From positions 11,780,001-11,844,000 of the forward strand of contig OZ024750.1 in assembly GCA_964016885.1 (NCBI GenBank): 64,000 nt of DNA, in the 5' to 3' direction. Position 1 is the stretch's first letter. The number at the start of each line of letters is the position of its first letter. Below the pieces are notes generated by a model, which saw nothing but the letters and a program-made list of their open reading frames with translations, had not been told where the DNA came from and searched no databases. A program made the position numbers and the translations under genes. This stretch comes from Eledone cirrhosa (Eukaryota). This document shows positions 27,992-40,540 of this stretch, in pieces.

Positions 27992-28265
27992 TTTTTCACG
28001 TTCAGAGTTGCTGAAGCATGGAACAAACTACCTGCATCAGTTGTTAGTTGTCGAGACACTGCATCCTTTAAAACCTCCTTGCTTCCTGAGATTCGCCAAC
28101 ACTACACCTGATCTCCCCCCTCCATACACACGCACACATGTATTTCATGACTCATACACTGTTCATTTTCCTGACATTTGTACATTATTCTATGTACTAT
28201 ACATGCACCTTTGATGAGTTGTAGTGCACCTGAGCACTGTACACAATAATTTCATTATTATTATT
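27992..28265 (+). mobile_element. CR1-type LINE 3' end inserted in a SINE head
   Basis: Encodes FFTFRVAEAWNKLPASVV..FK (CR1 ORF2 C-terminal motif) plus (att)n tail. SINE head pieces flank it at ~27962-27991 and 28266-28310. Confidence 0.85.
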
Positions 28266-28574
28266 GGATAGAATGCCTTGCGGTATTTGTTCTGGCGGCT
28301 CGTTGCTCTGTGAGAAGGGACGTGAGGAACCACTCACAACGCCCCCACTCCGGAAATGAAGAGGGATTGAGCGAGGAGCTAGTAACCTCATAGAAAAAAC
28401 TAATACTCTATAAACCCGTCCAGGGACGGAAATATCCGTAACAAGCACAGCATAGAACGGAAATTAAAATATTAATAAATGAAGTAGAAGCTGTTTTCTT
28501 AACTTAAGAGTTTAGTAGCTTTCTACTGGCCAAAACTGGATATTCCCAAAACCTATCCAACCCTATACTCCTGT

Positions 28575-28660
28575 GAAGGCACGTAGCCTAGTGATTAGGG
28601 TGCTGGGTTCACGATCACAAGGTCATGTGTTCGATTCTCAGACTAGGTGACACGTTGTGC
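28575..28660 (+). mobile_element. Second SINE family, tRNA-like head; related to 38380-38720 (-) and 61690-61805 (-)
   Basis: tagcctagtgattagggtg...cacgatcacaaggtcatgtgttcgattc with A/B box-like motifs. Confidence 0.65.
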
Positions 28661-29554
28661 ACCTTTTTCACTCCAGAGAAAATATATGACTTTGTGACTG
28701 TTAAAAACCACTTATATTAAAATACATAATGTAAAGTGGCAACTCGACAGAATTATTAATGTCAGACAATATGCCCTGCAGTGTTCCATCTCGGTTATAT
28801 TTCAGTTCCAATTTCTTCTGACATCAATTTTGCCTTTCATCCTTTAGAAATCAATAAAATAAACCACCAGTCCAAAGCAATGACTTAACAGAATTGCTTA
28901 TAACATCAGACAAAATGTTTTGCAGTACTTGTTTTAGCTCTTTCAGTTGTGTGTGGTGAGGCAGTTGTAATGGACTTGTTAGTATCTGGCTAACAAGATA
29001 ATGTCTTGGAGAAGAAAAATAGATGAAAAAAAGCACCCGGATACCACTTTCATATTCTGCTATGAGATGTTCATGACTAGCTCATAGAGCTGGTTAAGGA
29101 AGACTCTAGGGATTGTACATCAACCCGAGGACACAAAGAAGGAAGGACATTACTTAGCATAATTATTTAGTAGAATATACACATTTTTTCTTAGAAAATG
29201 ACTGTTAATTTGGGGTATTTGACAAATTACCAATTAAGTACATGATATTTACATAATTTTCGTTGTCACCCCTATATATAACAATTATAATTTTTAGCTA
29301 TTAGTATCAATTTTATTTGTTGCTGACAAAGTATTTCTCTGTTTTTACATGTAATGGCAGAATCTGTGGAGTCTTGTTCTTTCAGACATAGTCTACTTAG
29401 GCTGGATAAAGACAGTTGGGTGTTGCTCCAGGTAGATTTAGCTACTATATCTGGCAGGCTAAAGAACCATGTACAGACTCCATTGTTGGTTCATGCTACA
29501 GTTATTACTATGAGCTGATACTGTAAATTGATATGAAAGATCTGTTAATACATA

Positions 29555-29757
29555 CTATTTTATTTAACTAATGAAGAATTTTGAGGGATTTACAAAAATT
29601 ATTAATTATTTCATTGCTAAGATAGTAACTTAATGTAAAGTTATTATATAAAATTATGTTGGACGATTCTAAATTTAAATTGGAAACCTTTAAACTGGGT
29701 GGCTTTATTTCATGGAACCAGAGCTGGTTTTGGCCAGGCTGGTAACTAAAGGGTTAA
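29555..29757. mobile_element. piggyBac-type MITE family 2
   Basis: Reverse complement of 62430-62620; ends aaagggttaa. Confidence 0.8.
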
Positions 29758-29811
29758 ACAGTGAATGAAAGGTAATTTCTGTTAATACTGTTGCTATATC
29801 TTCAGATTGAC

Positions 29812-29847
<36 letters not shown>

Positions 29848-30207
29848 TACATATACACACATACATACATATACACACATACATATACGGAGGCAGAGTG
29901 ACTGTACTGTGGTTTCTCTACAGCCCTCTAATCAGTGACTACACAATCTAACCATGCGTTAATTATACTTACCTTCCAGTTTATATTTTAGCCCCCAAAC
30001 ACAGCTCAGCTTTACACTAACATTCTTTATAAAATCTTTTGTATGAGTACAAAGCTACAAATAGATCTTTCTTTCTATGAATGTTGCTTAACCCTTTCAA
30101 GTTTGTATTTCTGGTGAAATACACTCTGTTTCAAATAATTAATGGAATGTTTTGAAGGATTTACTAAATTTATTAATTATTTCATCACTAAGATAGTAAT
30201 TTACAAC

Positions 30208-30692
30208 AAAGTGGTAGTGTAAAGTGGTAGTGCTGGTGCCCCAATAAAATACACTGAGCCCACACTGTAAAGTGGTAGTGCTGGTGACACAATGAAATAC
30301 ACTGAGCCCACACTGTAAAGTGGTAGTGCTGGTGACACAATGAAATACACTGAGCCCACACTGTAAAGTGGTAGTGCTGGTGACACAATGAAATACACTG
30401 AGCCCACACTGTAAAGTGGTAGTGCTGGTGACACAATGAAATACACTGAGCCCACACTGTAAAGTGGTAGTGCTGGTGACACAATAAATGCTTCTGGCCC
30501 ACACTGTAAAGTGGTAGTGCTGGTGCCACAATAAATGCTTCTAGCCCACACTGTAAAGTGGTAGTGCTGGTGCCACAATAAATGCTTCTGGCCCACACTG
30601 TAAAGTGGTAGTGCTGGTGACACAATAAATGCTTCTGGCCCACACTGTAAAGTGGTAGTGCTGGTGCCACAATAAATGCTTCTGGTCCACAC
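30208..30692. repeat. 48/47-bp minisatellite, ~10 copies in two variant blocks
   Basis: Unit aaagtggtagtgctggtgacacaatgaaatacactgagcccacactgt. Confidence 0.95.
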
Positions 30693-31360
30693 ATTAATGT
30701 AGTTGAACTAGTTCCACAATAAAATGCACTCAGGGGATCAGTTTATATTTGGATTGGCTTATGTTTGAGTATATACGGTGACTGGAAGTGAAGGTATCCA
30801 GAAGGTTCGGCGAGGAGAAGTGTGTAAACTGTATTTGGGAGTTATCAAATTGTCTATCTTGAAAGGAGAGATAGAGCTCAAAATATCACAATGTTAGATT
30901 CAGAGGAAGATTCACACACACACAGATGCACTCACTCACACACACACACACAGATGCACTCACTCACACACAGACGCATTCATACGCAGAGAGACACATT
31001 CATATACACACAGGCACAGACACATACTTCTTATCATTCATTATACTGTATCATAATTTTAGTTTTTGTTATTTATCTTACAAGCTGTTAGCAGCCCTTT
31101 ATAGTTTGGAACTATAAAAATACATTACCAAAAGTGTGTTAAAGGTGATCTTTGATATAGTTACACCTATAAAAGGTGTGTGTATGTATGTGTGGATGCA
31201 TGTGTGTGTATGTGGATGTGTATATATGTATGTGTCAACATCATTTTGGGGAAAATAATCAGTTTATCTATGAATTGGATAGGAAGTACTGTTTAACATA
31301 TTTGATAATCTAATATCTGAGGAAATCAGAGCAGTATGTATCTATTTCTCTCTCTCTCTC

Positions 31361-31475
31361 ATAAAGAGTCGGGACCCTGACAGCTGAGCTCTTGCTGGTT
31401 CAACAGCTAGTCCCAGACTCTAGAACTAGCTGTTGAAACGGCAAGAGCTCAGCTGTCGGAGTCCCAACTCTTTAT
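31361..31475. mobile_element. Penelope-like palindromic remnant, family B
   Basis: ~50-bp inverted arms; the + arm has GAAACGGC-loop-GCTGTC (hammerhead stem III plus GUC); lies between (CT)n and (CA)n. Confidence 0.65.
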
Positions 31476-31500
31476 AATATGACACACGCACACACACACA

Positions 31501-31583
31501 TATTGGGTCGTCAAGCATGAAATTTGTAGAAATTTGGGTTTTTTCTACAAATTTCTACAAATTTCATACTTGACGACCCAGTA
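31501..31583. mobile_element. Tiny Tc1/mariner-type MITE, almost entirely TIR
   Basis: TA-ttgggtcgtcaagcatgaaatttgtagaaatttg ... caaatttctacaaatttcatacttgacgacccag-TA. Confidence 0.75.
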
Positions 31584-32461
31584 TATACAAGAGAGAGAGA
31601 GAGAGAGAGAGAGTGTGTATGTGTGTTTGTATGAAATTAGATATGTTAGTGTAATCTAGAACAAAAGGTTTATCTATAATTATATGTTTACCATTATCTT
31701 CATTTGTCTTCTGTATTCTAAGTTGGTTCTTAGCAACAATATTGAGCGAACCAGGCCAGGTAATAAAATAGAGAGGTTGTAAAGTAAAAACAAACACAAC
31801 AAACCAAACTAATTTAGGATTGAATTAACGGTTAAATTCTCAGCCGATTGATTTACAATCAGCTTTTCATTTTCACTTTCCCCATTTCTTGCACCTGGAG
31901 CAGACTAATCCATACATTAACTTCTAATTCTCTGCAATGTTGGTGTTAAGAGAATCATTACCTTTTCTTCAATGTTCTCTCATTTTCAGCTTAAATAAAA
32001 TATGAGCTAATGGAATTTCCATCCAATATTTGATATTTAAGGAAACAAGAAGAAAAAAAGTGTGGTGAGGGTGGGGAAAATAGAAAATAAACTTGCATTA
32101 AATTATTTTTAATTTAAATTATTTTTTTTTTTTACTATTTTATATTTTATATTTATTTTATTTTATTTTACATGTTAGCATGGATTAAATGATGATGATG
32201 GTGGTGATGATGAAAATGGCTTTTGGAGGGAATGAAACAAAAATGATATTTCCATATTGTTGGAAGTGATAGTTTTACGGTTGAATGCCTTTCTTACTGT
32301 TAACTACTTAACTAGGAAGTAGCATGTGACTTGTTGTCAGCTAGACTAACTGAACCAAACAGTTATAGCTCTCCTCCCACCCCTACACACCTCTGGCCCT
32401 CCTTCCTGCCATTTGCAGAATGCAAGGGATGTAGAACTGTTAGAAGATATGATTTGGTCAC

Positions 32462-33168
32462 TAATCCAACAACAACTGTATATACTTGAATATAATCCAA
32501 CAACTGTATATACTTGAATATAATCCAACAACTGTATATACTTGAATATAATCCAACAACTGTATATACTCGATTATAATCCAACAACTGTATATACTCG
32601 ATTATAATCCAACAACTGTATATACTCGATTATAATCCAACAACTGTATATACTCGAATATAATCCAACAACTGTATATACTCGAATATAATCCAACAAC
32701 TGTATATACTCGAATATAATCCAACAACTGTATATACTTGAATATAATCCAACAACAACTGTATATACTTGAATATAATCCAACAACAACTGTATATACT
32801 TGAATATAATCCAACAACAACTGTATATACTTGAATATAATCCAACAACAACTGTATATACTCGAATATAATCCAACAACTGTATATACTTGAATATAAT
32901 CTAACAACAACTGTATATACTTGAATATAATCCAACAACAACTGTATATACTTGAATATAATCCAACAACAACTGTATATACTTGAATATAATCCAACAA
33001 CAACTGTATATACTTGAATATAATCCAACAACAACTGTATATACTTGAATATAATCCAACAACTACTGTATATACTTGAATATAATCCAACAACTACTGT
33101 ATATACTTGAATATAATCCAACAACTGTATATACTTGAATATAATCCAACAACTGTATATACTTGAAT
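32462..33168. repeat. 28/31-bp minisatellite, ~24 copies
   Basis: Unit atccaacaactgtatatacttgaatata with or without an extra aac. Confidence 0.97.
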
Positions 33169-33280
33169 ACAAGTTGATCTCATATTAGTCCACCCCTATT
33201 TTATGCCTGGGAAATGGGCAAAACTCCAAAACTCGTTTGTAAACCAAGGCAGGTAATCAACATTGTTTAAATGGTGCAGT

Positions 33281-33462
33281 CGGATTGGCAGTATCGGTAG
33301 AGGGTCGGACGCCATGCTTTGCAGCATAGAGTTACGTCCCTTTATGATCTGAGTTCAAATCTTGCCGAGGTTAACTTTGCCTTTCATCCTTACGGGGGTC
33401 GATAAAATAAAGTACCAGTAATGCACTGGGATAATTGCTGGCCAAGTGCCAAAAGTAGAAAC
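33281..33462 (+). mobile_element. tRNA-derived SINE
   Basis: Full-length young-family copy. Confidence 0.92.
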
Positions 33463-34121
33463 AATTATGTTTAAATGGTGCAGTTTTGAAATTCTCATGA
33501 GTGGAAGATATATTTATAAAGTTTTAATATTTTTGATATTTAAAACGTTTTAAGTGCTGCTTAGTGTTTAGATTTTGTTTCACAATTCCATTACATAATG
33601 ACTTTTTTTTACCAATTTCCGACCCATTTCGAAGGCCATATTCATTCAAAACATATCAAAAACAATAGGAAAAACAAATTTCACCTCTAAAGTGTAATAT
33701 TCACCTCAAAAGCAAAATATTTTATCACCTCATTTATATAGAATATTGAAGTTGGTAAAAACTGGCAAAATATTTACTTCAAATATAAACTGCTCCTCCA
33801 TTTTATCATCTTTTTTTTTTTGTCACACATTTCTCAGCATATATACATCTATATATGGTAATTATAATGATTATCATACCTTCAAAAACAATTGTTATTG
33901 ATATTGTTATTAAGGTAAAACTATTAAGAGAAATTATAGTGTGTTGGATTAAATGATTTCAAATTCTGTTGAGGTTAACTTTGTTTTCTTCTTTCTGGAC
34001 TCAATAAAATAAAGTACTGGTCAGGTACTAGGTCAATTTAATCAACTTACCTCTCTCTTCAAAATTACTGGTGTTATGCCTAAATTAGAAACCAGTATTA
34101 CTACTATTATTATTATCATCA

Positions 34122-34706
34122 TCTGTTGAACACTGGCAGATCTTCAACCAAATTTAAGATTTGGAAGTGAGTCATAATAAATGACCAGAAATTCTAAAGT
34201 TTCCTGAGACAGTTTCTGAACATTCTTGCAGTTCCTAACAAGGCTGTCCTTTGTAGTGTGTATGTTTTTATTTCTCTTCCCAAGTTCCCAAGCCAATCCC
34301 TTAATTTCTTTGACACCGTTCCAAGTCCTCCAACTACTTCAGGCACTATTTCTACATTTATCTTTTATCATGATATAGCAACTTCCTGTTTGAGATCCCT
34401 GTAATTGTTTATCTCGCCCCCTCTCTTCTATTTCATCCACTCTGTTGTCACCAGGAACTGTAATATCTATTATAATACAATATTTAGTTTTCTTGTTGAC
34501 AATTACTATGCCTGGCTTCCTTACTTCAATCATATTGTCACATTTTATCATATAATCCCACAATATTTTAAACCATTGTCAATGTCACTCTTTTATTTAT
34601 ATTCATACCATTTATTAACTCTCACAAACCAAAACTTCTCACAAATCTTCCAGTCAATGATGTCTGCTATGTTGTCATGCTTTCTCTTGTATTCTCTTTG
34701 AGCAAG
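34122..34706 (-). mobile_element. R4/Dong-like non-LTR retrotransposon relic (restriction-like endonuclease region, frameshifted)
   Basis: Minus-strand peptides LAQREYKRKHDNIA, WDYMIKCD..IEVRKPGIVIVNKKTK.CIIIDITVPGD, VVGGLGTV and LQRTALLGTAR; 3' end runs into a TAA-type repeat. Confidence 0.85.
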
Positions 34707-34867
34707 TTTGGACCCCAGTCAATGGAGTTTGTTGTTTGATTTTTTTAAATGTTTATTTTTTAGTCTTTGTCAAAAGCTTCTCCTCACACAAAAACCCCAC
34801 ACGGTATCATCCTGTACTGTCCTTATTTGTATAAAGAAACCCAAAGAAATCATTATCAACATCATTA

Positions 34868-35053
34868 GGGTGGTGGATTGGCAGTATTGGTAGATCATCA
34901 GGCACCATTCTTTGAAGCATAGGGTTATGGCCCTTTACGTTCCGAGTTCAAATCCCACCGAGGTTAACTTTGCCTTTCATCCTTACGGGGTCGATAACAT
35001 AAAGTACCAGTAATACACTGGTGTAATTGCTGGCCTTGTGCCTAAAGTAGAAA

Positions 35054-35054
<1 letters not shown>
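34868..35054 (+). mobile_element. tRNA-derived SINE with (ATT)n tail
   Basis: Full-length young-family copy. Confidence 0.92.
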
Positions 35055-35093
<39 letters not shown>

Positions 35094-35561
35094 GGCAATA
35101 TCATGTCTTGGTTTACTAATACGACATTCCAATAACAGCTGTTCCTTCCAGTCATTCCTTAAAATGCAGTTATGCCTTGTAGAGTAAAAATAATTCTTTT
35201 ATTTTATTTTCTGTGAGGAAACAATGCTAGCCAATATTTTGCCAATAAATAATCAGATTAATATACATATTAGCTAGAATATGGTCAGCTGTATCAATTA
35301 TTGACAGTTTTCTTATCATATTATGTACAGTTGTGGCTAATTTTTACATTATATTGCTGGATATTATATTGTGATCATATCACTGGTATCCCTATTGGAG
35401 TTAGGAGTAACAACAGTTTTCTAGAGATAGGATATTTCAGAGGATAAAAACTGAGGATAAGATTTAACTTTCCAGTATTTCCATGACATCTCAACTATAA
35501 ATTAGTTGTAGTTAATGGTATTATACAACAGATAATATAAATATAAGTAATTATAATAAAT

Positions 35562-36333
35562 GTTTCTACTTTTGGCACAAGGCCAGCAATTATTCCAGTG
35601 CATTACTGGTGCTTTATTTTATCGACCCCTTAAGGATGAAAGGCAAAGTTAACCTCGGCGAGATTTGAACTCAGAATGGCAAGGGCCGTAACTCTATGCG
35701 TCAAAGCATGGCATCCGACTCTCTACCGATACTGCCAATCCATCGCCCTTATATATGTAATTATAATAATTGTTTCTACTTTAGGCACAAGGCCAGCAAT
35801 TACCCAGTGCATTACTGGTACTTTATTTTATCGACCCCGTAAGGATAAAAGGCAAAGTCAACCTCGGCGGGATTTGAACTCAAATCATAAAGGGCCGTAA
35901 CTCTATGCTGCAAAGCATGGTGTCCGACCCTCTACCGATACTGCCAATCCACCATGGTTTCTGATTGAGGCACAGGGAGGGGGAAAGTTGTTTAAATCGA
36001 CCCCAGTGTGTTACTGGTACTTTATTTTATCAACCCTGTAATGATGAAAGGCAAAGTTAACCTCAGAATGTAAAGGGCTGTAACTCTATACCTCAAAGCA
36101 TGTTATCCGATGCTACACCGATACAGCCAATCCACCACCCCTAATACCAATAATAATAATTTTCTACTTTTGGCATAAGGCCAGCAATTATCCCAGTGCA
36201 TTACTGGTACTTTATCTTTTTGAGCCCGTAAGGATGAAAGGCAAAGTTAACCTCGGCAGGATTTGAAGTCAGGCCGTAAAGGGCCGTAACTCTATGCTGC
36301 AAAGCATAGCGTCCGACCCTCTACCGATACTGC
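35562..36333 (-). mobile_element. Four head-to-tail SINE copies (35562-35748, 35772-35953, 35957-36141, 36160-36333)
   Basis: Each copy runs tttctactt...ctgccaatcc or a variant; most are separated by (aat)n. Confidence 0.92.
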
Positions 36334-37633
36334 TGATACGGACATAAGCCATAGATTGTGTATGGAGGTGAGGTGTAATCCATTTTGTTTTCTTTAATGA
36401 TTTATTGAAGAGGTTGGAGCAGTGAGCTAGCAGACCTAAAACTTATAGTATAATCAAATAGATGCTAGTTGTGTCCATCTTGTCTTTTATTCAGCTATAG
36501 TATTTCTATGGCACTGTTATGTATTATGCCTTGCTTATACTTCTAAAATAGCAGATTGTGACTTATGATGCGATTTGGCTGCTACTTTTAGCTGGTAGAG
36601 CAACCATGTAGAGGCCCTCCTGTTTGTTGTTTCTCCTCAGCTCCAGCAGTTTGCTCTTTCGCCTCCTTTTATTGCAGGAAAAAAAAACATTTTTGTCTGT
36701 TGGTCTATTGTAACAATCCTCGTTCAATCATCTTTGCTCGTAATATAATTTTCTGTTCTGTCTTCCTCTTTTAATATTCATTTTATAATCTACTGTTGCT
36801 GATTGTGTCGGCCTCTTGCTTCTCATTATACAGTTGCTTCATTAATAAAGGAGGACCTTTTTCCATATTTTCCAATAGGGATCTGACAATATGGTGACAT
36901 TTAGCAATTCTGAATTAGGAAATGTTACATCTGTCTTGGGAAAAGAACAGCAATTCACACTCAACTTTACAGAGACTATCTAACAGTTGGTAAACAATAA
37001 CATTATTGGTTATAGGTTTATAATAAACAAATCACTAGTTCATTGTATATATGGTGGTAATGGTGAGAAGGGAGTGTCAGTACCTTAATGCAGAACAAAT
37101 ATATTAAGAGATCTTGTTCATAAAACTTGATGTTTAGCCATAAGTCAGCCCTGAATGAGCAGGTCTGTGATTAAAGTCATGCCAGCCATGATTATCCCAA
37201 CATCTCAAGGAAGATTATATTATTAATTCTAACAGGTCATACAAACATGTAGAAGCTCGCTAATTTATTGTGATGGTTAACATCTATTAACATCTCTCAC
37301 TCGCAGCTTTTTCCCATATTCTGGCAGAAAAAAAAAAACTAAAAAAAAAAAAACACAGAATTTATTCTGAGGTTTACTGTATATACTCGCATATAAGCTG
37401 AGAAATGTGTGACAAAACAATCTTAATATCTATTTTGAATCTCACGTTAATAATTCCAACTACTATTTTTATAAATGATCGTAATTTCTAAGGGGCATTC
37501 AGCAGACTATGAATTTTAAATATATGTTCGCTTAAAGTTAACTGCTTCAACACAGATCTTTCACTATGAAAACTAGTTGAATATGTTAGACATATAAACC
37601 CCTAAAAATTCAACTTAATTTACAAATATATAT

Positions 37634-37740
37634 AGGGGCTTATATGCCCCCATATATATTTGATTATTTTTCACAGTCAAAAACCAGCATTAAAGCAGTT
37701 TACTGCTTTAATGCTGGTTTTATATAGGGCATACAAGCCC

Positions 37741-37742
<2 letters not shown>
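37634..37742. repeat. Palindrome beside (TA)n
   Basis: Perfect 20-bp stem aaaaccagcattaaagcagt-tt-actgctttaatgctggtttt (37680-37721); outer arms aggggcttatatgccc / gggcatacaagcccct. Confidence 0.85.
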
Positions 37743-37771
<29 letters not shown>

Positions 37772-37781
37772 GGCATACAAG

Positions 37782-37820
<39 letters not shown>

Positions 37821-38014
37821 AACTGAGTTGAATTATAGTGTAGAAGTATTATTAGGTCTTAAATGTTCTGAGATATTTTTGTTATTTTTACCTTGATTTT
37901 TCTGTATTGTTGTTTCTTTATTTTTAATACATCCTTTTTGTTGCATCCTCTTATTCATGTGTTTTCACTCAGAATTATTAGAAACATACATACATGTATG
38001 TATACACATATATG

Positions 38015-38048
<34 letters not shown>

Positions 38049-38349
38049 TGTATACACATATGTGCACACACACACACTTTCATACCTATACACCCAAATA
38101 TATATTTATGTATTTACTGGACTTAAATCAACACTGGTGTGTTACAAAGTCAGCTGTTGCTACCATCTGTCAATTCCTTCAACTTTGAAATACTGTTTGG
38201 TATTAATCAAGAATTCTTTGATTCCTACTAACTGTATATTACCTTGATAGAACTAGATGATGGAATATCCCAATGTATCACTCTTCTGAGAAATGTTGGT
38301 CTGCTAAGTTTCTAACTGGGTTTTTATTCCTCTAAGTCTAGTCTAAAGT

Positions 38350-38722
38350 TTGTCTCAAGTCTGAAGGCTTGTCAGGCTGGTGCTTATCCCAGTTTTGTGG
38401 CAGGAAGTGACTGAGAGTACAAGACTCCCCCCTGGTCAGGACATCAGTCCATCACAGGTTAAAGTCTGTCACAAGCCCAGAGACTTGTCATGCCGGTGTT
38501 TATCCCAGTTTCGTGGCATGAAGTGACTGAGAGTATAAGACTGCCCCTACCTGGACAGGGCGCCAGTCCATCACAGAGTTAAACCCCCAGCTATTGTTGG
38601 TACTCATTTTCAGCTGAGTATACTGGAGCAAAATGAAATGAAGTGTTTTGCTCAAGAACACTACTTACAGCCCAACCCATAAATCGAACCCATGATATTA
38701 TGATCATACGTCCAACACCCTT
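38350..38722 (-). mobile_element. SINE, second family (CORE-like centre) with tandemly duplicated tail
   Basis: Minus strand: tRNA-like head gggttcgatt, then gttcttgagcaaaacacttcatt...aaaatgagtacc; the ~110-bp tail is duplicated. Confidence 0.75.
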
Positions 38723-39119
38723 ACCACTGGTCCACGCTCCTTCCTGGTTTTCATAATTTCAGGCTATGCTGTCATGTTCCACCTTAGATCCTTTTTTTAA
38801 CAAGGAGCCTCCATGCTTTATATATCTGAGGCCCTCAATAAATCTGGACATTGTAGTGAATGCCAGTATATACCAGTTATGTTATAATTGTTTCTGTTAA
38901 TCTATATTTGTCCCCTAGTGTAGATATGTGCTGAGTCAGAAGAAATAAATATTTATTATTTCTATAAACAGTTATGTCTGTTGCTATGCTTGTCTTATTA
39001 ATTATAACTGTTTTCTGCAGCAACAATGGTTTATATTGAAATAGCTAGGTGTCATTGTTGTCTTGCCAGTTACTGCAGCTACATAAGTCACCGCTATATA
39101 TATATGTATAATATATATG

Positions 39120-39171
<52 letters not shown>

Positions 39172-39322
39172 TCATTGTTGCTGATAAATACGCAAACTGG
39201 AATTTTAAATGGAAAAATTCTATGCACAAATATTCTTTGTGATTCTTGTACTTGTACTAAATGATTCTTTGACACAATTGATCAAGTGTGTGAGTGTGTA
39301 TGTGTATATATTTGTGTAAAGT

Positions 39323-39905
39323 AAGGTGGTGAATACTGGCAGTCGTTAGAATATCAGATAGAATACTTTGTGGTATTCATTCCTGCTCTCTGAGTTCAAA
39401 TCTCACCAAGGTCAACTTTACCTGTCATCCATTTGAAGTTGATAAAAAAGTACCAATCAAGTACTGGGGTCGATTTTTTTTTCTTCTCTATATCCCTTTC
39501 TCATTTCCAGTCTCTCACTTTCTATCCTTCCCTGGAAGAAATCTACTGTGTTCAGACCTGGAGAGGGGATGGGCTCCGCCAGGCTTTAAAAAAGTGCCCC
39601 CAATACGATGTATGTTACAAAGGTGCACCTACGACTGCATCGGGAGTTAGGGGACTAGAAAAAAGAAATATGTATGGATGCGCAGAGACAATAATCGTTG
39701 GATGAAGAAATACGAGGAAATGCCAGTGAAAGGAAGTCGTGGTTGAGGTAGGCCAAGAAAGAGCTGAGCAGAGGTTGGGAGAGCTGAAACTCACAGAAGC
39801 AACGACAAAGGATTACGGCATGTGGAGAGATGCCGTTCTGAGAAAGACCCATCCAACCCATGCAAGTGTAGATAAGCCGATGTAAAAACAACGATGATGA
39901 GGATG
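39323..39905 (+). mobile_element. Older SINE followed by an RTE 3' fragment
   Basis: SINE head and core, then an RTE-like end acccatccaacccatgcaagtgtagat..gatgtaaaaac(gat)n. Confidence 0.75.
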
Positions 39906-40137
39906 ATTTAGAGGAAATCTGGCTGCTATTTCTATTTCTCACAAGTTGAATGACTGCAGAGAGTCTCTTCCTAAACAGTTTATTTGATAGAGTGGAATAC
40001 TAGCTTTAGTAATGATGTATTAGTAATGTGCTTTAGTAATGATGTATTAGATGACAAGCTACTATTAAAGATTAGTAGGTTTAGATGGAGGCTTGAAACA
40101 ACAGAAAACCAATGAAGTATTTCTATGATATCTTGGG

Positions 40138-40333
40138 ATATTAGACTCATAGACATATTGGTGGTATGATGATTATATATCATTTGAAACCTGTTGTTGT
40201 ACATACTTGTTTAATCCCCGCCATCTTGGATAAGTAGACAGTAACTTACTGCTGCTGTTGTTGCTGTTCTGTACCAGTAGTGAGAATGTGCAACAAGTTA
40301 ATTACGTTACTCTACTAAGTAGGAAAGAATTAG
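40138..40333. repeat. Dispersed ~200-bp repeat, copy 2 (see 12716-12918)
   Basis: Near-identical sequence; also ends at (TA)n. Confidence 0.9.
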
Positions 40334-40337
40334 TATA

Positions 40338-40435
<98 letters not shown>

Positions 40436-40458
40436 CCACAACAGTTAATTCACTATTT

Positions 40459-40500
40459 CCAAGAACAATTTGTTTCACCTCAGACAGATCATCAGCTCGG
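40459..40500 (-). ncRNA. Minimal type I hammerhead ribozyme motif
   Basis: ccgag CUGAUGA ucugucugaggu GAA ACA aau UGU U cuugg: 5-bp stem I, complete core, 3-bp stem III, GUU site, weak stem II. Confidence 0.6.
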
Positions 40501-40540
40501 TTTAAATGTGATAATATGGAAAAGGATATATATAAATGAC

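Noticed and set aside
30139-33172. Repetitive ORFs of 100-180 aa on the minus strand
   Set aside because: They derive from the 48-bp and 28-bp minisatellites and have no splice or homology support.
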